A stretch of 64,000 nt of DNA from the human T2T-CHM13v2.0 reference genome, Homo sapiens, in NCBI RefSeq assembly GCF_009914755.1, contig NC_060929.1. One strand, 5' to 3'. Each line of letters opens with the position of its first letter. The first letter of the stretch is position 1. Shown here piece by piece: positions 1-22,939 of this stretch. Both the position numbers and the translations under genes were made by a program. A model generated the notes under the pieces. That model made no database searches, had not been told where the DNA came from, and saw only the letters and a program-made list of their open reading frames with translations.

Positions 1-659
1 ACAGTCTCGGTTCACTGCAAGCTCTGCCTCCCAGGCTCAAGTGACCCTCCCACCTCAGCCTTCTGAGTAGCTGGGACTACAAGGGCACACCACCAAGCCC
101 AGATAGTTTTTATATTTTTTGTAGAAACGGGGTTTCATCATGTTGTCCAGGCAGGTCTTGAACTTCTGGGGTCAAGTGATTTGCCCACCTCAGTCCCCCA
201 AAGTGCTGGAATTACAGGTGTGAGCCACTATGCCCGGCCCTAACATTTATTATTAAAGTGATAAGCTTTGTCTTCAATTTCTGTTGACTCACATTAGAGT
301 AAAAATGAACATGGTATGAATCAGTGACCCTGCAATAGTATTTTTATTGGAGAACCTAGTCTAGCTTGGTTCAGAAATTGTCATTGTTTACCAGATATGC
401 ACTCCTTATAAAATTCTATGCTAGACATTCTATATACATTATTCTTTATTCATCATAACTCTGAAAAATGGTATTAGCACTAATCTGTAGAATAGGAAAC
501 TGAGGCTCTGAACTTCAGTAACATTACTAAAGTTACACAGCAAGCACAACAGAGCTTGGTTTCAAATAGAGAAGTAACTGTCATGGTTCTTTTTCCACTG
601 TACTTCATTTCTTTATAGCTATGTTTTTGTTTTTGTTTTAGTGAAAGCAAGTTTATTAG

Positions 660-923
<264 letters not shown>

Positions 924-1208
924 TAGTAGAGATAGGGTTTCTCCATGTTGCTCAGTCTGGTCTCAAACTCTCGACCTCAGGTGGTCCGCCTATCTCAGCC
1001 TCCCAAAGTGCTGGGGTTACAGATGTGAGCCACTGGCCTATTTTGCCTTTCTTCTATTCCCTTGTTTTTGCTATTGGCTTTACAGAAATATCTTACCATC
1101 ATGGCTGTGGAAATCAGTTTAGCATTTCCTCAAAAAGTTAAAACAGGCCAGGCTCAGTGGCTTACACTTGTAAATCCAGCACTTTGGGAGGCCGAGGCGA
1201 GCGGATCA

Positions 1209-1547
<339 letters not shown>

Positions 1548-2454
1548 TTAGTCTGTTTTTAAAATATGGGTCCATGGACTCATGAATCACCTAACCCAGG
1601 TAGTCTGGTCATAGTTCACAGTTTATATGGCATGTGTCAGTTTGACTGGAGATGAGAAGGGTTAAGGGCTGGGCGCAGTGGCTCACACCTGTAATCCCAG
1701 CACTTTGGGAGACTGAGGCAGGCGGATCACAAGGTCAGGAGTTCGAGACCAGCCTGGCCAATATGGTGAAACCTCGTCTCTACTTAAAATGCAAAAATTA
1801 GTCGGGTGTGGTGGCGCATGCCTGTAGTCCCAGCTACTCAGGAGGCTGAGGCAGAAGAACTGCAAGCAGGAAGTGGAGGTTGCAGTGAGCCAAGATCGTT
1901 CCACCGCACTCCAGCCTGGGGGACAAAGCGAGACTCCGTCTCAAAAAAAAAAAAAAGTACCCTGAACATCCAGCTTTTCTTTATTGTAATCCAGTTTTAG
2001 TGACTAGCTTTTGGGCTTTTTTGCTTGTAAGAAACTGAAATCCTTCATAATATCTATGTTCTAGTCGTAGATACCAGTTAGGATACCTAGGAGAGTTCTT
2101 AAATGCCTCTTCTTTCAAGGAAAAAAATTAGAATGAATTAACTAGTTAACAACCAAGAGTAATAGCTATTATTTCTACATGTAGCTGCCTAATGTCACAC
2201 ACTTTTATATATTCATAGTGATTCCTTGTAACAACCTTGATACATATTGCCCGGATTTTGAAAGGGCTTTGAGGTTATTTGCCCAAGGTCATGATAACAG
2301 AGATGGTATTCAGAATAAGATCTGACTTCAAAGCCTTTCCAGTCTGTCTTTCCATTTTGTCTCCAGCCATGAAAATGGAAAGACAAAAAAGTTTATATCC
2401 TCTTTTAAATTGTCTTCTAATACACTGAATGGGTTATGTGTAGAAACCAAGTGA

Positions 2455-2580
<126 letters not shown>

Positions 2581-2759
2581 TGACTGGCTATTTGGAAAAC
2601 CTGGGTGCTACTGCCAACTGGGTGTATCATAAGCTCTAAGATCAAGATTTTGTAGAGTGGACAGTCATTACATATGTTATAACTTATCCTTTAAAAACTA
2701 TTTTAAACTTTATCCTTTCAGCTTTACTTAGTGCGATGTTTTAGAAGCAGTCTTCAAAG

Positions 2760-2765
2760 AATAAA
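2760..2765 (+). terminator. AATAAA poly(A) signal of SERF1 short isoform
   Basis: Canonical hexamer about 180 nt after the stop, followed by U-rich sequence. Confidence 0.7.
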
Positions 2766-5219
2766 ACACTAACCATGCATGTGACATATTGGTGAACATT
2801 ATTTTTATTATTGAACATTCATATATAATTTATTAGGTAATATGATCAGATAATAGGATCTCTTATATAATAAAGAATCTTTGTCATCAGCTTTGTTAAC
2901 ATAGTTTTTTTTTCCTCACAGTTTCTAAGGATAAGGATAAAGTAGATCTTTGAAGTAAACTTAAATATATAATAGAAGTTAGGGTCCATTTGTATAATTT
3001 TGCTTTGAAATCAAGTTAAAGGGCCAGGTGCGGTGGCTTATGCCCACAATCCCAGCACTTTGGGAGGCCGAGGCGGGCGGATCACTTGAGGTCAGGAGTT
3101 TGAGACCAGCCTGACCAACATGATGAAACCTCATCTTTACTAAAAATACAAAAAAAAAAAAAAAAAAAAAATAGCCAGGTGTGTGGTGGCACATGCCTGT
3201 AATCTCAGCTACTCGGGAGGCTGAGGCAGGAAAATCGCTTGAACCCAAGGCAGAGGTTGCAGTCAGCAGATATTGCACCACTGCACTCCAGCCTGGGCAA
3301 CAAAGCAAGACTCTGCCTCAAAAAAAAAAAAAAATCAACTTACAAAGCTTGCTTGAACAATTTACAACAGATACTTCAAACCACTGGAATAGAAACTAAG
3401 TGGATGTAAACTGAGGTCTCAGTTCTACTTATAGCTTTAACATTTTTTGGAATGAGTACCATATTTTCTGTTCTCAGCCTCTTCTAAAACTTGAGTCTTG
3501 ATGGTAGTTATAAATTTGGAAATATGTAACCTAGAGAAATTAAGGTTTGAGACCTTGCTGCACTCTGAAGTAAACACAAAACTATGTCAGAGAGAATAAA
3601 AATGCCATTGTAGTAGTAAATAGAATAACTTAAAGTATTCTACAAATACTTGATTTTTCACATAATGCAATTTAACAAATTTTTCTGATCACCCAATATG
3701 TCAACCACTATCTGAATGGACAGATCTTGAAGTTAGCCTAACACAATATCTTGTGATTTGTCTCTTACCAGTGGTACCACCCATAAATAGGCTAGAATTT
3801 TTTGTGTCTAATACTGAATTCGACAACCAGGAAGTTTTTTGGGTTTTTGTGGGGTGTTTTTTTTTTTTTTGAGACAGAGTCTTGCTCTCTCGCCCAGGCT
3901 AGAGCGCAGCAGTGCCATCTCGGTTCACTGCAACCTCCGCCACCTGAGTTCAAGCGATTCTCCTGCCTCAGCCTCCTGAGGAGCTGGGACTACAGGCGCC
4001 CGCCACCACGCCCGGCTAATTTTTGTGTTTTTAGAAGAGATGGGGTTTCACCATTTTGGCCAGGCTGGTCTCAAACTACTAACCTCAGGTGATCCACCCT
4101 TCTTGGCCTCCCATAGAGCTGGGATTACAGGCGTGAGCCATCCCACCCGGCTGAAGTTTTTTAGCCTGAGTTTCTATCTTCATATTAGCCTAGATTTTTC
4201 ATTAAATTAAAACATTGTTCTGGATCTTTGGTTAACTTTAGTCTTCAGAATATTCTATGATGGTAGTCACAAAGGCAAAAATTAAGTAGCTTAAGTTACA
4301 TTCTAATAAAAGAAATAATAAAGAAATCTGATTGTACCACAAAGATTCTTTGTGGGCCTGGTTTCTGTAATTCTGTCTCCAGAATTTCTACACAGACTAA
4401 TAAGCCATAAGTACAAAAAAACTTTTCATGCTTTAAGCTCTTTTCTTTGCCTTTTTTTTTAAATGAATAATTTCTTTAGTTTATCCTGTGGAATGGAAGA
4501 ACTTTAGACCTTTTAATTCTTATAAATCGAGGGAAAGCTACGTTTCCAAAATAAAATGGATATTAGAATAAGGAAGATCTCTAGTTTGTAATCAATCATT
4601 AGTACTTTTTTTTTTTTTTTTTTGAGGCAGGATCTCGCCTTGTCACCCCGGCTGAGTGCAGTGGCACGAACGTGGCTCACTGCAGCCTCAACCTCCTGGG
4701 CTCAAGTGATCCTCCTGCCTCAGTCTCGTCTCCCAAGCAGTTGGGACTACAGGCGCATGCCACCACGTCAGGCTGATTTTTATATTTTTGGTAGAGATAG
4801 GGGTTTTGCCATGTTGCCCAGGCTGGTCTCCAACTCCTGAGCTCAAGTGAGCCACCTTCCACCTCTGCCCAAAGTGCTGGGATTACAGGCGTGAGCCACC
4901 ATGCCTGGCCATTCTTGATTAATTTTTATGGCATTTAATTAAATAAATTTATTGTTAAGAGGTTTGATTTTTAACTGCAATATGACCAGATGTTTCCTCA
5001 AAGCAGGCGGAAAAATTATCGGAGAGGAAGAAAATTAAGTCTAATTGTTGGAGTATATTGACACCTATCATGTGGTATATTGTAATATATATATATATGC
5101 AATACATTGACACCAATCATGACACCACCATGTGGTATAGTTAAGGTAACTAAAAGTAGCTGAACTTATAAAGAGGGAAACAGGTCAATTATAGGATACT
5201 AAGGGAAAATACAGGTGAA

Positions 5220-5251
<32 letters not shown>

Positions 5252-5254
5252 TGA

Positions 5255-5872
<618 letters not shown>

Positions 5873-6500
5873 TAGGAGAATGATTGTAAAAAGTAAATTC
5901 ATGTAATGATTTTATTTAGTTTGGATATTGTTAGGGCTTGTTGCTAAAGAAAGATAAAATTATTAGGTGAGATAGTACCAGATTTAGAATATAATTTGGA
6001 AAATACCAAACTCCATGGAACCCTCCCTTTAAACATCAAAAATCGTATTTTGCATCATTCTTAGGAGGTAGTGCGTTATCATTAGCAATTTTCATTAAGT
6101 CCTGCTGAAAATGAGAAGCAGCAGCCATTACTGCCCAAGATACACTGTGGTCAGTTTTATCAGTTACTTTTTTTTTTTTTTTAAACAGAGTCTCGCTTTG
6201 TCATCCAGGCTGGAGTGCAATGGTGCGATCTCCGCTCACTGCAACCTCCACTTCCGTGCCTGGCTAATTTTTTGTAGTTTTAGTAGGGATGGGGTTTCAC
6301 CATCTTGGCTAGGCTGGTCTCGAACTCCTGATCTCAAGTTATCCACTCGCTGGCCATCAGTCATTTATTTTTGAATGCCTCTTCTATTAGTAGCATGTGT
6401 AAGAAATTGTGATCCATTTATCAAACTAGCCAGTTTTTGAAAATAGGGCTAAAAGGAAACGTTGATTTCTGACATTTTCCAAAAACTTAAAAAATTTTTA

Positions 6501-6785
<285 letters not shown>

Positions 6786-6790
6786 TCAAA

Positions 6791-6794
<4 letters not shown>

Positions 6795-6874
<80 letters not shown>
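6795..6874. repeat. Compound microsatellite (AC)22(TC)18 at an Alu tail; probably SMA marker C212
   Basis: Repeat counted directly. It lies about 13 kb upstream of the SMN ATG inside SERF1, and the flanks CCTCCACCCTGGGTGATAAG and GCCTCCTACAACTTCATCAGC match recalled C212 primer sites. Confidence 0.85.
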
Positions 6875-6877
<3 letters not shown>

Positions 6878-7415
6878 AACACTTGGTCTGTTATTTTTAC
6901 GAAATTGTCAGTCATAGTTATCTGTTAGACCAAAGCTGAGTAAGAACATTTATTACATTGCCTCCTACAACTTCATCAGCTAATGTATTTGCTATATAGC
7001 AATTACATATTGGAATATATTATCTTTAGAGATGGCCAAGTCATAAAACTGTCACTGAGAAAAGGAGAATGACAATGTGTATGCTCAAATGTACTTCCCT
7101 ATAAATTTCCAAAAGACATGAAACTTACTACAGGTTTGTTTTTTTCACACCTTCACTTCTTAAAAACAAAAAAACTTTTACATAGCAGTAACTAATGCAC
7201 ATTAAAAGTTTATAAATAGCCTGCTATTGGATCATTTGCTTGGAAAAGTTGAGATTTTCAAATTTGATTATAACATAACTTTTGTAGAAATACACGGCCA
7301 GGTGCAGTAGCTCACATTTGTAATCTCAGCACTTTGGGAGGCTGAGGTGGGAGGATCGCTTGAGGCCAGGAGTTTGAGACCAGCCTGGGCAACATGACAA
7401 AACCCCATCTCCTCA

Positions 7416-7589
<174 letters not shown>

Positions 7590-7902
7590 TTAAAAAGGTG
7601 CCTGTAATCCTAGCACTTTGGGAGGCCAAGGCGGGCGGATCACGAGGTCGGGAGTTCAAGACCAGCCTGGCCAATATGGTGAAACCCGTCTCTACTAAAA
7701 ATACAAAAATTAGCCAGGTATGGTGGTGTGTGCCTGTAATACCAGCTACTTGGGAGGCTGAGGCAGGAGAATCGCTTGAACCCGGGAGGTGGAGATTTCA
7801 GTGAGCCGAGATTGCACCACTGCACTCCAGTCTGGGTGACAGAGCAAGACTTCATCTCAAAGAAATAAATAAATAAAAAACAAGGCCGAGCATGGTGGCT
7901 CA

Positions 7903-8428
<526 letters not shown>

Positions 8429-8657
8429 TCAAAGACTGTAGCCTTATACCACTCAAGGGGGCTGTTAGGGTAGCTTATGAATGGATATTTCATACAGAGT
8501 TACGTATTTAACCCATTTCCTGTTTAGAAAATAAAAGTGGCCAGGCGCCGTGGCTCACGCCTGTAATCCTAGCACTTTGGGAGGCCGAGGTGGGTGGATC
8601 ACGAGGTCAGGAGATCGAGACCGTCCTGGCTAACATGGTGAAACCCCGTCTCTACTA

Positions 8658-8879
<222 letters not shown>

Positions 8880-9468
8880 TCATTTAATTTTACATAAACA
8901 CACTCTGAGGTTGACGCAAATTAATTTTCAATGTGAAAATACACAAACTGTTCTTAGAGTTATTTCTAAACAGAACTTGTCTCTAATCCTAATATAATGG
9001 AAATGTATATAATGTTACATTAGGATTAGAGGCAAGAGTATTCTTGGGGCAAACGGGAAATGGGTTAGTATATACTTGAAGTAATATAACCACATCTAAC
9101 CTGATTTCATGATATATTGGAATTTTTGGTTGCAAGCAACAGGATCAGATTAATGAACTTACTGATAAAAATCTTATTTGAAAGAATGAGAGACTCCAGA
9201 GTCATGGAAAAGTTGAGGACTCAAGGCTTTGGAAAGGTCAAGAATTGTAACAGTTTCAGGTATCTTAAGAGTAGGTGTTATGAGGTGTTTGTTTTTGTTT
9301 TTTTTTCTTACAGTGCTGATATCAGGTTGAACTTCTGACATGTATATTTAGTTTTTATGTCACTTGGAGTGCCTCCAACTGAAGTTACATGGGTTAGGTA
9401 CCCATCCCTCAGCAAGAGGAGGGCAAGTTGATGGTAAAACCAACTCTAGTAAGGAGTAGGTGGTCCCC

Positions 9469-9844
9469 TGTATTAGTCCGTTCTCATGCTGATAATAAAG
9501 ACATACTCGAGACTGGATAATTTATAAAGGAAAGAGGTTTAATTGACTCACAGTTGTGTATGGCTGGGGAGGCCTCAGGAAGCTTACAATCATGGCAGAA
9601 GGGGAAGCAAATACATCCTTCTTCACATGATGGCAGGAAGGAGAAGTGCAAAGCAAAAGGGGAAAAGCCCCTTATGAAACCATCAGATCTCCTGAGAACT
9701 CACTCACTATCATGAGAACAGCATGAAGGTAACCACCCCCATGATTCAATTACCTCCCACCAGGTCCCTCCCATGACACATGGGAATTATAGGAGCTACA
9801 ATTCAGGATGAGATTTGGGTTGGGGACACAGCCAAACTATATCA
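9469..9844 (-). mobile_element. Solo THE1-type MaLR LTR
   Basis: TG...CA termini (TGTATTAGTCCGTTCTCA...CCAAACTATATCA) with a perfect 5-bp TSD TCCCC at 9464-9468 and 9845-9849. Confidence 0.88.
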
Positions 9845-9934
9845 TCCCCCAAAAAATTTAGGGTTCTTTGCCAAAAGGAAGGGAGAATGGATGCTGAGCA
9901 GACTAAAATAATATATTTTAATCCCTCTTATTGA

Positions 9935-10268
<334 letters not shown>

Positions 10269-10271
10269 TAA

Positions 10272-10596
<325 letters not shown>

Positions 10597-11653
10597 TCAT
10601 AAAGGTGGTAAGCATCTGAAGTGTGAGAAATAATCATGCAGCTTATGCAGTTTTTGTCTCTACCAATCTTTCAAACCCTCAAACTGCAATGCTTGCTCAT
10701 TATAGAAAATCTGGGAAAATACAGTAAGTTCTAAATTTCCATAAATTCTAAATAGCATCTCTTTGAAAACTAACTCCTTGGGCATTTATCCCAGTGAAAT
10801 GATAATAAACAGCCAGCATTTGAAATGTATATTTCAATGACTCGTATATGAATACTATGTTCAGATCACAATAAAGGACATTTCCAGCACCCTCTTAGAT
10901 AATGCCTCCCATCTGATTATCACCATAGATTAGTTTTGCCTGTTTTTGAATTTTTTGTAAATGGGATCACACGGTATGTGCTGTAGTGAGCCTAGCTTGA
11001 TTTGCTCAACGTTACGTCTAAAAGAATTCTCTATTTTGCTGCTATGCAGCAGTTCAGCCTTTTTCACTGTTGTGTAGCATTCTGTTATATGAATATACCA
11101 TAATTTAGTTACTCTACATTTCATGGACCTTTGAATTGCTCCCACTTTGGGGCTGTTATGAATAATGCTACCGTAACATTTTTATATATCTTATGATGGT
11201 CTTAAACACGCTATCTACTGAGTATATGCCAGGAATGGAATTGCTGGGTCATAGGGTGTGTGTCTATACACACACATACACACATTTTTTAGTAGGTACC
11301 ATCAAACAATTGCATTTTTGTTGTTTTTGTTTTAGTTTGTTTTTAATGACCATACCATTTTACCACCAGCAATAAAGGAAGGTTCCATTGCTCCATACCA
11401 GCATTAGGTATTATCAGTCCTTTTATCTTTAACCATATTGGTGGGAGGTAGTGGTATCTCATTGTAGTCTTAATTTACTTCCATATACTTAATTTAAATA
11501 CACTCAATTTATATACACACACGTATACTCTCTCAGCCTTCAGTAAGCCAGTCCCATTCCCCTGAACTAACCAATGTTAATAATGGTATACTTCTCTCAG
11601 TGCTCATGCAAACATGCATACACACACATACACATAAATAAGGGGTGTGGGAA

Positions 11654-12423
<770 letters not shown>

Positions 12424-12632
12424 TGAGTAGATGGGATTACAGGCGCCTGCCACCACGCCCAGCTAATTTTTTGTATTCTTAGTAGAGATGGGGTTTCACC
12501 ATGTTGGCCAGGCTGGTCTCCATCTCCTGACCTCGTGATTCACCCGCCTCGGCCTCCCAAAGTGCTGGGATTACAGGCGTAGTCACAGCCCCCGGCCATA
12601 ATTTAGCACTTTAAAAAATAATAGCCATGTTG

Positions 12633-12774
12633 GGCCAGGCGTGGTGGCTCATGCCTGTAATCTGAGCACTTTGGGAGACCAAGGCGGGTAGATCCCTTGT
12701 GCCCAGGAGTTCAAGACCAGCCTGGGCAACATGGCGAAACCCCATTTCTACTAAAAATACAAAAATTAGCTGGG
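12633..12774 (+). mobile_element. Alu left monomer (5' half of an Alu split by the TOMM5 retrocopy)
   Basis: GGCCAGGCGTGGTGGCTCATGCC...CTAAAAATACAAAAATTAGCTGGG, then an abrupt switch to non-Alu sequence. Confidence 0.85.
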
Positions 12775-13825
<1,051 letters not shown>

Positions 13826-13998
13826 AAAATTAGCCAGGTGTGGTGGCACGTGCCTGTAGTCCCAGCTACTTGGGAGGCTGAGGTGTGAGGATCACTTGAA
13901 CTCAGGAGGCAGAGGTTGCAGTGACCCAAGATGGTGCCGCTGCACTCCAGCCTGGGTGACAGAGTGAGACCCTGTTTCCACAAAAAGAAAAAAAAAAT
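13826..13998 (+). mobile_element. Alu right monomer (3' half of the split Alu)
   Basis: Begins AAAATTAGCCAGGTGTGGTGGC with no adjacent left arm and ends in an A-rich tail. Confidence 0.82.
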
Positions 13999-14467
13999 AG
14001 CCGTGCCTGTACTTCAGTACTTACAAATTTAACTTTAGTATAGATGTACAGTAATTTATTCAATCATTTCCTTACTCATAGACAATTAGGATGTTGCAAC
14101 TTTTGCCACTACAAACAATTCTGCGATGTGGATTATCGTACTTATTCCCATTTATTGGTGCTTTCATTTCTATAAGAATGGATTTTTAAAGATAGAATTC
14201 CTTGGGAATAGTTATGTCAAAGCCAAATATAATATAGAGACAAATCTCTAAAAACATTTTATTTGGTAAGCAAGAGCTGCAATTCATGGCATACACACAG
14301 ACCGGGCTGATCATTGGTATGATCAGGAGAATAAAGGGAAGGTTGCGGCCAGGTGTGATAGCTCATGCCTGTAATCCCAGCACTTTGGGAGGCCGAGGCG
14401 GGCAGATCACCTGAGGTCAGGAGTTTGAGACCAGCCTGACCAACATGGAGAAACTCCGTCTCTACTA

Positions 14468-14701
<234 letters not shown>

Positions 14702-15585
14702 TCACACTAGAGCTTGTGGGAGCTAGCAAGCTCTGATTGGTGAGCGATGGTGGTAGGTAAAACCAGTCTTAGAGTCATGGCAGTTCATTTTAGCAGCTAT
14801 TAGGTAAAACTGGTCTTAGGGATACAGAAGGCTGGTTCAGCAGTTGGACTTGTGGAAAATTTAATTCTTGAAGCAGATGCTGTGTGCCCCGAATGCTTCT
14901 TCCCCCTGGCCCTTCAACTCTGATTTAGTTGAGTATTTCAAGAATGACCCAATTTATGTAATCAACTTTCACAGGTATACATGTCTTAAACTTTAAACAG
15001 ATGTTTTGGGTTTTGTTGTTGTTGTTTTTGAGACGGAGTCTCACTCTGTTGTCCAAGCTGGAGTGTAGTGGTGTGATCTCGGCTCACTGCAACCTCCGCC
15101 TCCAGGGTCAAGTGATTCTCCAGCCTCAGCCTCCTGAATAGCTGGGATTACAGGCGCCCGCCACCACGCCCAGCTAATTTTTGTATTTTTAGTAGAGATG
15201 GGGTGGGGTTTCACCATGTTGGCCAGGCTGGTCTTGAACTCCTGACATCAAGTGTTCTGCTCACCTCAGCCTCTGAAAGTGCTGGGATTACAGGCGTGAG
15301 CCACTGCGCCCGGCAGTCTTTCCTTCTTTTTTTTTTTTTTTTTTTTTTTTTTAATGACATGGGGTCTTACTTTATTACTCAGGCTGGTCTCAAACTTCTG
15401 GCCTCAAGGAATCTTCCCACCTTGGCCTCCCAAATTGCTGGGATTACAGGCATAAGTCATCATGCCTGGCTACAAACAGATATTTTCAATAAGAGGATAA
15501 AAGTTCATTTCCCCATACTTTGCTAACATCAAATGTTATTAATTCCTAATAGTTTTGCCAAACTGAGAGGAAAATGGTATGTTAG

Positions 15586-15846
<261 letters not shown>

Positions 15847-17493
15847 TGAAATTTTTTGTTTTTTTGTTTTTTTTTTGAGATGAAGTCTCACCCTGTCACT
15901 CAGACTGGAGTGCACTGGCACGATCTCAGCTCACTGCAACCTCCGCTTCCTAGGTTCAAGCGATTCTCCTGCCTCAGTCTTCAAAGTAGCTAGGATTATA
16001 GGCGCCGCAACCATGCTCAGCTAATTTTTGTATTTTTAGTAGAGACAGGATTTCACCATGTTGGCCAGGGTGATCTCAAATCCTGACCTCAAGTGATCCG
16101 CCTGCCTCAGCCTCCCAAAGTGCTGGGATTACTGGCATGAGCCACCGTGCCAGGCCCTGAAATGTTATCTTAGTTATTAATTTGCAATTCCTTGGCTCTA
16201 GAGGTTGGGCATCTTCTCAGATCTCTAGTGGACATTTGGATTTTCTTTTTGGTGAACTGTCCAGTTTTTCTCTCTGCTTTACAATCTTTATTATATGCAA
16301 TCTTCACATGTAGGTACTACCATTTTTTTAGTTTGTTTTTGAAACAGCATATTGCTCTGTTGCCCAGGCTGGAGCACGGTGGCAAAAACATGGCTTACTG
16401 CAGCCTTTGACCTCCTTGGCTCAAGTACTCCTCCTGTCTCAGCCTCCTGAGTAGCTGGTACCACAAGCCCATACCACCATGCCCAGCTAATTTATTTTTG
16501 TAGAGATGGGGCCTGACCATGTTACTTGGGCTCAAATGATCCTCTCCCACTCAGCCTCCCAAAGTGCTAGGATTACAGGCATGAGCCACCATACTTGGCC
16601 CTTTTTTTTTTTTTTTTTTTTTTGAGACACAGTCTTGCTCTGTCTCACAGGCTGGTGTGCAGTGGCACGATCTCAGCTCATTGCAACCTCCACCTCCCAG
16701 TTTCAAGTGATTTTTGTGCCTCAGCCTCCCTAGTAGCTGAGATTACAGGCATGCACCACCATGCCTGGCTGACTTTCATATCTTTAGTGTTGCCATGTTG
16801 GCTAGGCTGGTCTCAAACTCCTGACCTCATGTGATCCACCTGCCTCGGACTCCCACAGTGCTGGGATTACAGGTGTTAGCCACCACCCCGACATTATTTG
16901 AAACTTTTATTTTATCATGAGAGAGTTCCAGGAGTCAACTGAAGAGAGATTTTTGGTATGAAAATTACATATGCAAAAAGACTGATTCCAGTACATGAAA
17001 TTAAATTCAACATTTACATTAAATGCCTTCAAATATGGTAAAATGGTTTCTTTTGGCAGTTTACCTCATTATGTTTTGAATGATTTGTCTATCATATGAA
17101 ATAACTTTTATAAATATAGTAACTCAGGCCTGGGCACAGCGGCTCAAGTGGGAGGACTGCTTAAGCAACCGAGTTTGAGACCAGCCTGGACAACATGGGG
17201 AGACCCCTTCTCTCCCAAAAAATAGCTGAGCATGGCAGCGCACTGCTAAAGGAAACAGAGTTTCTTTGGTGGGTGATTAAAATGTTCTGGAGTTAGATAG
17301 TAGTGATGGTTGCACAACCTTGTGAATATATTAAGGTTTCCGCTCTATCTACCATTCAATTGTACTCTCTAAAACGATTAATTCTATAGTATATCAATTA
17401 TATCTCTAAATAATAAAAACAAAAAGAAATGGCTGGGTGCGGTGGCTCATGCCTGTAATCGCAGCACTTTGGGAGGCTGAGGCGGGCGGATCA

Positions 17494-17697
<204 letters not shown>

Positions 17698-18045
17698 TCA
17701 AAAAGAAAAAAATTAAAAAACAAAAAGAAACCTGGTTCTATATTTTGTTTAAATTTATTTTTTTAACCATCATGTAATATGTCCAGGTAATTTGTTTAAA
17801 TTTTGACATCAAATGCAATTGTGAGAATTTTTATGATTCAGAAAAATCTAAGCAAGCTTTATAAAAACATACTTTTTTTTTTACTTTTTTTTTTTTTTCT
17901 GAGACACAGCCTCACTCTGTCGCCCAGGCTGGAGTGCAGGTTTTCATGTTTATCTGTGAGATGTACCTTTGGCACATTACTTTCCTGACATGAGATTTAA
18001 ATTTTTTTTTTTATCTTGTGACAATTTAACTTTTTTGACACATAA

Positions 18046-18369
<324 letters not shown>

Positions 18370-18696
18370 TAAGGTGTACCATTTGATGTTTAGATATACA
18401 TTGTGAAATGATTACATTCCACATATTACCTCTACAGAGTTACCATTTTTGTACACTTGGTCAACATCATCCCATTCTCCCCTTCCTCCACAGATATTTC
18501 TTGTATACTATATAGAAGCCAAGGGTATTTTGGGGGAAGAGCTCAAAGTTCCTTTCGTGGAGTTAAAAATATATATATACTATGTACATATAAGCCATTT
18601 AGCAACCCTAGATGCTTAATAAAGAATACTGGAGGCCCGGTGTGGTGGCTCACACCTGTAATCCCAGCACTTTGGGAGGCCGAGGCGGTCGGATTA

Positions 18697-19309
<613 letters not shown>

Positions 19310-19340
19310 TTATATAGATCAAGCAGGTTTTAAATTCCTA

Positions 19341-20210
<870 letters not shown>

Positions 20211-20900
20211 AGCTTATTTTGTTCACTCCTCTCTGGCTGGTGTGGGGGAGGTGGGGGCATTAGGCCAGGGTGAAGCAGGGGAACCACTTAGGAGTCTGTT
20301 AAGATGATCTGAACTTCAGAACAAGATGTTATTAACAGAGTGAAAGTATTTGGATTCTGGGTATATTTTGAAATCGGAGGCAACAGGTTTTTCAGATAGA
20401 TTCGATAACGGAGGTTATCCTGAATAGTTGAAAAGATAAAGTTGCCTTTTGCTGAGGTGGGAAAGAGAAGATTGCCAGTAGAGCAGGTTTCTCAGGAGTT
20501 CAGTCTTGGGCATAGCATGGTAGGGGTGAATTTGGCTGGAGTGAGTTGGAGAGTAGGAGAAGAGAAATCCAAGGCAACATTTGACCAGCCTGGGCAACAT
20601 AGTGTGACTCCGAGTCTGCAAAAATTAGACGGGTGTTGTGGTGCGCGTCTGTGGTCTCAGCTACCTGGAAGGTTCAGGCCTTGGAAGGCTCAGGGAGGTG
20701 GAGGCTGCAGTGATCTGTGATTGCGCCTCTGCACTCCAGCCTGGGCGACAGAGCCAGACCCTGTCTTAAAACAAAATAAACGGCCGGGCGCGGTGGCTCA
20801 AGCCTGTAATCCCAGCACTTTGGGAGGCCGAGGCGGCCGGATCACAAGGTCAGGAGATCGAGACCATCCTGGCTAACACGGTGAAACCCCGTCTCTACTA

Positions 20901-21128
<228 letters not shown>

Positions 21129-22431
21129 TTAAAAAAAATTTTTTTAGAGACAAGTTCGCTCTCTGTGGCCCAGGCTGGAGTACAGTGGCATGATCCTAGC
21201 CCATGGCAGCGTTGATCTCTTGGCCTCAAGCGACCCTCCTTTGGAGTCGCTGGGCCTAAAGGAGTGAGCCACCACGAAATTTTATTATAAATGGAGGGTA
21301 GAGAAATTGGGCAATAAATGGAGGGGGAAGTGAGTTAAGAGGAATTTTAATTATGTGTGTGTGGTTTTAAAAGAGGGGGGTCTTGCTCTGTTGCCCAGGC
21401 TGCTGGGGTGCCAGTGGCGCAATCATGAATCACTACAGCCTTGGACTCCTGGCCTCAAGCTATCCTCCCACCTCTGCCTCCCAAAGTACTGGGATTACTA
21501 GTGTGAGCCACTGCACTAAGATAGGAGCAACATGTTTCAGCATGTTTGTGGGTTGATAGGAAAGATGAGAATGGGAAAGTTGATGTCGGAAAGAAGACAA
21601 TGGCTAGAGCAATGTCCTAGAGTAGGTAAGAAGGGATGGATTTGGCCTTTGTTGGAAACATTAGCGGTTCTTTTGGTGACAGCTATATAGTTAACACATC
21701 TATGATACGTGAATGGGCAGATAGGATGGCAGGAGATTTTGAAAGTTCTCTTGATTCTTACTGTTCTCTTAGTGAAAGAAGCAAGGTTATCAGCTAGAAG
21801 CTGGGATGGGAGAGGAAAGAGAAGATGGGAAGTAGATAGTTCTTTAGAAGAGTGGGCAAGGGTTGGACTAGGGAAGTTTAGTGGAAATATTGCTAGGCAA
21901 CATAAAGAGCCTACTTGAGATTCGTGGTCATGAGTTGAAGGAGACCAGACAGCAAGATTGTGTATGAGGGCACCCACAGAGTAAATGGAGAGTTGAAATT
22001 AATGCAGTTGTGATTTTACCACGTGGATATGAAGAAGTGAGGGGGAGAAGTACAAAGGAGTTCTCTTAATGATTGACCATGGAATTTAAGCTGGCTAAGA
22101 AAGGAAGTGAGAGGCCGGGCGCGGTGGCTCACGCCTGTAATCCCAGCACTTTGGGAGACTGAGGTGGGTGGATTACCTGAGGTCAGGAGTTTGAGACCAA
22201 CCTGGCCGATATGGCGAAACCCCATCTCTAATAAAAATACAGAAAAATTAGCCGGGAATGGTGGCAGGTGCCTGTAATCCCAGCTACTCAAGAGGCTGTG
22301 GCAGGAGTATCCCTTGGACCCAGGAGGTGGAGGTTGCAGTGAGCCGAGATCACGCCACTGTACTCCAGCCTGGACGATATAGTGAGACTTCACCTCAAAA
22401 AAAAAAAAAAAGAAAGGAAGTGAGGATTTTA

Positions 22432-22939
<508 letters not shown>

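Noticed and set aside
5057-5140. Imperfect local repeats of TGACACC...CATGTGGTATA around a (TA)n run
   Set aside because: Short, degenerate slippage-type duplication with no evidence of function.
6883-6933. TTGGTCT...AGACCAA inverted repeat resembling a small RNA stem
   Set aside because: Only a 7-bp stem, with no properly placed C/D or H/ACA boxes and no Y-RNA body. Likely chance.
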